A DNA stretch of 32,000 bases, from assembly GCF_025643275.1 (NCBI RefSeq), contig NZ_CP089977.1:1560001-1592000 (forward strand), written 5' to 3'. A program made the position numbers and the translations under genes. Positions 27,704 through 32,000 of the stretch are shown in pieces. This DNA is from Moraxella nasicaprae (GTDB taxonomy: Bacteria > Pseudomonadota > Gammaproteobacteria > Pseudomonadales > Moraxellaceae). Under the pieces are notes generated by a model. The model searched no databases, was not told the DNA's origin, and saw only the letters and a program-made list of their open reading frames with translations. Numbering within the stretch: the first letter of the stretch is position 1; the number at the start of each line of letters is the position of its first letter.

Positions 27704-28644
27704 TGATGAAAACAATCCTAAAATCAACAGCCCTTGCGTTGGCGTTATCTTTATCTTTTGGCAATGTGGCAGCCGCCAAAACGCCCAATCAATCCATCAT
27801 CAGCCAGCCAGCAAAAGATACCATCAGCCAAATCAAAACCCAAGACGGCTTAAATTTACATTTACAAAAAGACATTCCAAATACCAAGCCCAAAGCGGTG
27901 GTGGTGATTTCACACGGTTTGGCAAGCCATTCTGGGGTGTTTGGCGAGTTTGCCAAAACGATGAACCAAAACGACATTGCCGTCTATCGCTTTGACCATC
28001 GTGGACACGGCAAATCAGACGGACGAGACAGCATTCACATCAACAGCTATTTTGAAATGGTGGAAGATTTGCGGTTGGTGGTGCAAAAAGCCAAAGCCGA
28101 AAATCCCAATACGCCTGTTTTTGTGCTTGGACACAGTATGGGCGGACACATTTCGGCACTCTACGGCACCAAATATCCGCACGATGTGAACGGCTTTATT
28201 TTGGCGGCGGCGGTTTTGCGGTATAACCAGATGAATTTTGGGCATTTGCCACGACCTGAAGCCCCAGACAGCTTTGTCAATGGCTTTGAAGTCGCCCACA
28301 AAACGCTCAATTTGCCGATTCCTGATATGGGGGCAGGACTGTCGCTCCCGAACGACCCGTTAATGCTGGAAAAATTCTCGGTGTCTTTCCCCAACAGTTT
28401 TAAAGACGGCATCAAATATTTAAAAGACAATGACGATAAATTTGTCGCCCCTGTTTTGCTGGTTAGTGGTGATGCGGATTTGTATGTCGTGCCAAAAGAT
28501 GCCATTGATTTTTATAATGAAACCAATTCGGTGGATAAAAGTTTGCGACTTTATCCCAATATTGGACATATGTTAATGCTGGATAATAATGGCAAAATGA
28601 TTAGCCAAGATATTGTGAATTGGATTGGCGAGCGAGTGAAATAA
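27703..28644 (+). CDS. Secreted alpha/beta hydrolase (lysophospholipase / monoacylglycerol lipase-like)
   Basis: Signal peptide MMKTILKSTALALALSLSFGNVAAA. HG..SHSG oxyanion region (ISHGLASHSGVF), GHSMGG nucleophile elbow, and a C-terminal D...H (GDADLYV...IGHMLM). Confidence 0.8.
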   Translation: MMKTILKSTALALALSLSFGNVAAAKTPNQSIISQPAKDTISQIKTQDGLNLHLQKDIPNTKPKAVVVISHGLASHSGVFGEFAKTMNQNDIAVYRFDHRGHGKSDGRDSIHINSYFEMVEDLRLVVQKAKAENPNTPVFVLGHSMGGHISALYGTKYPHDVNGFILAAAVLRYNQMNFGHLPRPEAPDSFVNGFEVAHKTLNLPIPDMGAGLSLPNDPLMLEKFSVSFPNSFKDGIKYLKDNDDKFVAPVLLVSGDADLYVVPKDAIDFYNETNSVDKSLRLYPNIGHMLMLDNNGKMISQDIVNWIGERVK

Positions 28645-28659
28645 ATTGGCTAAAAGAAA

Positions 28660-28693
28660 ACACCGTTTAATTTAAAATTAAGCGGTGTTTTTT
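28660..28693. terminator. Bidirectional intrinsic terminator between the hydrolase and tetR-family genes
   Basis: ACACCGTTTAAT ttaaa ATTAAGCGGTGT (one G-U pair) followed by TTTTTT, with an A-run upstream. Confidence 0.8.
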
Positions 28694-28717
28694 ATTGAAA
28701 TTTTGCAAAATTAATTT

Positions 28718-29257
28718 TCAGACAGCCTTAAACATTCCCCCACTTGCCAGCCGATACGCCAAATCCGCCAAGTCATTTTCGCTTTTTGTATCGCTGTTTT
28801 CAAAATAACTTTGGGTCAAACGGCACAGTCCAGCACACAAAAATTCTATTGCATACGCTCGCTCGCTCTCACTTAAATGAGCCAAACTCTGACGACAAGA
28901 CGACAAGCCGTCATACATCAGGCGGTAAAAAATCTGCATTAAACCATTACTCATCAGCATTTTGATTAACTCTTGATTGGCAAACACATATTTGGCATAG
29001 CCTGTACAGATTTCACGCAAATCCACCCAATCGTCATCAACAGGCTGATTGGCAAACGGGGCGTTTTGTAGCACATACAAAAGCAGGTTTTCTTTACTTT
29101 CAAACAGCTTATAAAAAGTTTGTCGTGATACGCCTGATTGTTCGCAAATCTCACTGATAGAAATATCGGCATAGGCTTTGTTTTTTAACAAAATTTGCAT
29201 TGTTTCTAGCAGGGTCTGCTTGGATTTTAGGGCGGTGGGGTTGGTGCCTTGATACAT
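28718..29257 (-). CDS. TetR/AcrR-family transcriptional regulator
   Basis: N-terminal HTH YADISISEICEQSGVSRQTFYKLFESKENLL. I chose ATG 29257 so that the palindrome at 29280-29300 lies in the promoter. The ORF-track start at 29290 falls inside that palindrome. Confidence 0.85.
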   Translation of the reverse strand: MYQGTNPTALKSKQTLLETMQILLKNKAYADISISEICEQSGVSRQTFYKLFESKENLLLYVLQNAPFANQPVDDDWVDLREICTGYAKYVFANQELIKMLMSNGLMQIFYRLMYDGLSSCRQSLAHLSESERAYAIEFLCAGLCRLTQSYFENSDTKSENDLADLAYRLASGGMFKAV

Positions 29258-29279
29258 TTTTTGTCTCAATTTAAAAAAT

Positions 29280-29300
29280 AAGATTGACATTGTAAATCTT
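29280..29300. promoter_or_regulatory. Candidate TetR operator overlapping the tetR promoter (autoregulation)
   Basis: AAGATTGACATTGTAAATCTT is a 21-bp palindrome with 9/10 arm pairs. On the - strand it supplies TTTACA, followed by 17 bp and TAAATT. Confidence 0.6.
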
Positions 29301-29351
29301 TTTTACAAAAATGGCAAATGGTATTGGGGATTTTTAAAGCAGAAAAGCTAA

Positions 29352-29385
29352 ACACCGTTTAAAGTTGATTTTAAACGGTGTTTTT
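29352..29385 (-). terminator. Intrinsic terminator after the DHFR-like gene
   Basis: ACACCGTTTAAA gttgat TTTAAACGGTGT is a perfect 12-bp stem with T-rich flanks on both strands. Confidence 0.75.
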
Positions 29386-29398
29386 ATCACAAAATCCA

Positions 29399-30094
29399 TT
29401 ATTTTTGATACGCCAAATACAGCGTTTTATTATCCGCCAAAATGCGATTTTCTTTTAACTTAAATTCAGCAAAATCCAAATTAAAATTCAAATTTTTATT
29501 TTCAAAAGCGGTATTTTGTGGACTTAATTCTAAAACAGGGGCGACAATTAAATGAATTTCATCAAGCAAGCCTTGATAGGCAAATGCCCCATTGATTAAA
29601 CCGCCCCCAGCCAAAACAAGTCTTTGAATATTAAAATATTGGGCTAATTTCTCCAATGCCAAAGTCAAATCCAATTCTTTTTCGCCCACAATCAAATAGG
29701 ACACGCCAATTTTTCGTAAATGAGCAAGATAGGCTTTGTCCGCTTGTTCGCTGACAAGGCTGATAATATGCCCTTTGGGGCGATTGCCATAGGGCAACAC
29801 ATTGTCTTTCCATAATACTTTGCCAAAGGGGTCAGCACTAATCGCAAAATGCGTGGCGTTGTGATTGGCAATAAAATCGCCTGAAAAATCATCATATTCG
29901 CTTGGTAAAACCACATCGCCGTCCGTGCAAGACTGCATTGTTACTCGTCCAGCCAGCCACGCATCTGCATTAAGTGATTGATAAATTTCATCATAATATT
30001 GAAAAAGTGTCGCAAAAATAGGGGCATTACCAAACTCGCCCGCAATTTTACCATTTAAAGAAGTGAGCATATGAGCCATTACATAAGGTTTCAT
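29399..30094 (-). CDS. Dihydrofolate reductase-family / RibD C-terminal domain protein
   Basis: MKPYVMAHMLTSLNGKIAG... and LVLAGGGLINGAFAYQGLLDEIHLIVAPVL are typical of RibD_C-type reductases. Confidence 0.75.
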   Translation of the reverse strand: MKPYVMAHMLTSLNGKIAGEFGNAPIFATLFQYYDEIYQSLNADAWLAGRVTMQSCTDGDVVLPSEYDDFSGDFIANHNATHFAISADPFGKVLWKDNVLPYGNRPKGHIISLVSEQADKAYLAHLRKIGVSYLIVGEKELDLTLALEKLAQYFNIQRLVLAGGGLINGAFAYQGLLDEIHLIVAPVLELSPQNTAFENKNLNFNLDFAEFKLKENRILADNKTLYLAYQK

Positions 30095-30191
30095 TTTTTC
30101 GCCTAGTTGATTAGAAAATCTTATTTTATCAAATATTTAGTTTAAGAAATAGTCTTGTATTTTGTCAAAATTTGTGAGTAACAAAAAATCC

Positions 30192-30243
30192 TTGACATTG
30201 TAAATCTTTTCGCCTAAAATAGCAAAACATTGACATTGTCAAT
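30192..30243 (+). promoter_or_regulatory. Sigma70 promoter (TTGACA-17-TAAAAT) of the NmrA-like gene, carrying two TetR-operator-like palindromes
   Basis: TTGACATTGTAAATCTT (30192-30208) shares 17 nt with the tetR-proximal site. TAAAAT is at 30215-30220. ATTGACATTGTCAAT (30229-30243) is a perfect 7-1-7 palindrome at about +2 to +16. Confidence 0.65.
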
Positions 30244-30267
30244 TTTTTAATGATTTGGAGCAAATTT

Positions 30268-31236
30268 ATGACAATCAACAAAATTTTAGTACTGGGTGCA
30301 ACAGGTTTACAAGGCTTTACCGCCACAAAAGAACTTATCAAACAAGGTTTTGCCGTGCGTGGTTTGACTTCATCAGGCAACAACCCCAAAGCTGATGAGC
30401 TTGCCAAATTGGGCGTAGAAATGGTGCAGGGCAATTTGTTTGATGCAGACAGCCTGTATCAGGCGATGAATGGCGTGGACGGCGTGCTGTACATTCCTGT
30501 CATTCCCAGCATTGATTTAATCCCTGAAATTCAAATCGCCTACAATGTGGTGCAATCTGCCGAGCGTGCTGGTGTGCAATATCTGATTCACACATCAGTG
30601 GCACGGGCGGGCAATCACAGTGAATACCACACTTGGGGTAAGGGAATGGACAGCACAATGCGGTCGTATTGGCTTGCCAAAGCAACGGCAAATGAATGGA
30701 TTAAGGCAAGCGATATTCCCCATTGGACGATTTTAAAACCTGCTTATATGATGGAGGTGTTTTTAGCCCCCAAAGTCGCTGGAATGCACCCCTTATTAAG
30801 CGAGGGCAAAATCGTCTCGGCAACCCAAACCGACACCAAGATTGATATGATGAATGTAGAAGACCAAGCCAAACTCATCGCCAAAGCCTTTGCTGACTTT
30901 GCTTTGTTTGATAAACAAGAGATTGATTTGGCAGGCGATAGCGTCTCCTTTGGCGAAGTGGCGGATATTTTAAGCGAAATCACAGGCAAAAAAGTAGAAG
31001 CCGTTTATCAAACAGGCGATGAACTGCTCGCAAATGAGGTGTACAAAAATGCCTTACAAAAAGCCTTTAGAAACTTTGACCCCGCACTCATCGTCAAAGC
31101 CAATTTGGACAGCCAAGAATGGAACAACACCGATGGCTATCAGGTGGATATTGAGCAAGCCAATGCCTTTGGCGTGAAATTGTCGTCATTTCGAGAATGG
31201 GCAGAGCGACATAAAGATGAATTTGTGATTGGCTGA
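30268..31236 (+). CDS. NmrA-family NAD(P)-binding protein
   Basis: ILVLGATGLQG Rossmann motif with NmrA-like length and pattern. I chose ATG 30268, preceded by TGGAG. Confidence 0.8.
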   Translation: MTINKILVLGATGLQGFTATKELIKQGFAVRGLTSSGNNPKADELAKLGVEMVQGNLFDADSLYQAMNGVDGVLYIPVIPSIDLIPEIQIAYNVVQSAERAGVQYLIHTSVARAGNHSEYHTWGKGMDSTMRSYWLAKATANEWIKASDIPHWTILKPAYMMEVFLAPKVAGMHPLLSEGKIVSATQTDTKIDMMNVEDQAKLIAKAFADFALFDKQEIDLAGDSVSFGEVADILSEITGKKVEAVYQTGDELLANEVYKNALQKAFRNFDPALIVKANLDSQEWNNTDGYQVDIEQANAFGVKLSSFREWAERHKDEFVIG

Positions 31237-31242
31237 TTTTTA

Positions 31243-31275
31243 ACACCGTTTGAGCAATTCAAGCGGTGTTTTTGT
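31243..31275 (+). terminator. Intrinsic terminator of the NmrA-like gene
   Basis: ACACCGTTTGA gcaat TCAAGCGGTGT (one G-U pair) followed by TTTTTG. It is nearly identical to the terminator at 11091-11118. Confidence 0.85.
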
Positions 31276-31280
31276 TTTTA

Positions 31281-31316
31281 AAATGGGCAAAATAACCTTT
31301 TCAGGCAGCCTGAAAA
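31281..31316. repeat. Post-terminator repeat with the perfect palindrome TTTTCAGGC-A-GCCTGAAAA (31298-31316), containing AGGCAGCCTGAA (31303-31314)
   Basis: AAATGGGCAAAATAACCTTTTCAGGCAGCCTGAAAA is homologous to 27562-27598. It abuts the TAG stop of the merR-family gene and may also terminate that gene. Confidence 0.7.
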
Positions 31317-31317
31317 C

Positions 31318-31704
31318 CTATCCCCCAAGCCCCTGTAAAATCGGACATTCTGGCATATCATCGCCACGACAGGCATCACGCCACGCCCCAAGAGCAGTTT
31401 TCATTTCTTCCAATTCCTTGATTTTATTTGATAAAAATTCAATGTGCGTATTTGCCAACGCTTTGACTTCACAGCTTTTGCGGTGTGGATTATCTTGCAG
31501 TGCCAAAAGCTCGCCAATTTGGGCAAGCGAAAAGCCCACGCCCCTTGCTTTGGCGATGAATTTTAGGCGGATTAGTGTCTCATTATCATAAATGCGATAG
31601 CCTGATGATGTGCGTGAAGTGTTTGATAACAAACCCAACTTTTCATAATCACGGATTTGCTTGATGGATAGCCCTGTGGCTTTGGACGCTTGACCGATGT
31701 TCAT
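31318..31704 (-). CDS. MerR-family metal-responsive regulator (CueR/ZntR/CadR-like)
   Basis: MNIGQASKATGLSIKQIRDYEKLGLL...SGYRIY HTH, a coiled-coil segment, and C-terminal metal-binding cysteines ACRGDDMPECPIL. I chose ATG 31704, preceded by AAGGAG. Confidence 0.85.
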   Translation of the reverse strand: MNIGQASKATGLSIKQIRDYEKLGLLSNTSRTSSGYRIYDNETLIRLKFIAKARGVGFSLAQIGELLALQDNPHRKSCEVKALANTHIEFLSNKIKELEEMKTALGAWRDACRGDDMPECPILQGLGG

Positions 31705-31758
31705 TGTTGCTCCTTGTTTTGGCGTTTGTAAAAAATTGTCAATCCGCAAAAATAATCC

Positions 31759-31789
31759 TTGACCCTAACGCAAGGTTAGGTTTTATGAT
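31759..31789 (+). promoter_or_regulatory. MerR-type promoter with a 19-bp spacer and internal dyad, driving the Cys-rich ORF
   Basis: TTGACC (31759-31764), a 19-bp spacer, then TATGAT (31784-31789). The spacer contains the dyad CCTAAC gcaag GTTAGG (31764-31780). Confidence 0.7.
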
Positions 31790-31876
31790 ACGCTCATCAA
31801 AACAAAAAAGCAATGTTTTTAGTGGTTTAAAAACGGTTTTTGTTTTGATAATCAACCTTTAATTTGGAGAATTGTT

Positions 31877-32000
31877 ATGAACGACATCATCAAAAACCCA
31901 AACGCCCACTGCGGTTGCCAATCTTGCACAGGGCAAAATTGCAATCCAAAATGCAACTGCCAAAATGGCGAGCTGTGCATTTGTCAAAACTGCACTTGTG
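31877..32000 (+). CDS. Cysteine-rich, metallothionein-like small protein (3' end lies outside the window)
   Basis: ATG 31877 is preceded by TGGAGA. The translation is MNDIIKNPNAHCGCQSCTGQNCNPKCNCQNGELCICQNCTC..., with 10 Cys in 41 residues arranged as CxC/CxxC. It is not in the supplied ORF track because it is truncated by the window edge. Confidence 0.6.
   Translation, partial: MNDIIKNPNAHCGCQSCTGQNCNPKCNCQNGELCICQNCTC

Overview
This 32-kb window looks like chromosomal DNA from a moderately AT-rich Gram-negative proteobacterium. Codon usage and gene content resemble Moraxellaceae or Neisseriaceae, but I cannot resolve the taxon from sequence alone. I support about 34 protein-coding loci and found no rRNA, tRNA, CRISPR array or recognisable IS/transposase.

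Gene content, left to right:
- a formaldehyde-detoxification cluster (adhC, a PhzF-family gene, fghA)
- a yahK-like alcohol dehydrogenase broken by an in-frame TAG
- a 2.6-kb strongly AT-rich island with a decayed SF1 helicase-like gene and an intact orphan ORF
- a GlxA-type regulator translationally coupled to a secreted WG-repeat protein
- an MBL-fold hydrolase, also broken by an in-frame TAG
- isochorismatase-family, MarR, membrane-protein and ABM-lipoprotein genes
- a 4-gene family-5 (Nik/Dpp/Yej-like) ABC importer
- trhP/yegQ, then a NYN-domain protein with a degenerate active site
- an FKBP-like protein, an AT-rich TPR protein, a DUF4298-like protein and a YfhL ferredoxin
- a TonB-dependent receptor, a Sel1-repeat protein, metX-metW and hemH
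- a secreted alpha/beta hydrolase
- a TetR regulator with three matching operator palindromes flanking DHFR-like and NmrA-like genes
- a CueR/ZntR-like MerR regulator divergent from a very Cys-rich, metallothionein-like ORF that runs off the right edge

Most notable observations:
- the decayed AT-rich helicase island, which is bracketed by an imperfect inverted repeat
- the MerR and Cys-rich peptide pair, with a textbook 19-bp-spacer promoter
- a 9-mer, AARCGGTGT, that builds most of the intrinsic terminators I mapped (12 exact copies against roughly 0.5 expected by chance)
- a DUS-like palindrome, TTTCAGGCAGCCTGAAA, inside a conserved post-terminator element
- three gene-inactivating lesions within 10 kb

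No intact, clearly novel multi-gene system can be demonstrated from sequence alone. The best candidates are flagged with caveats in the findings.
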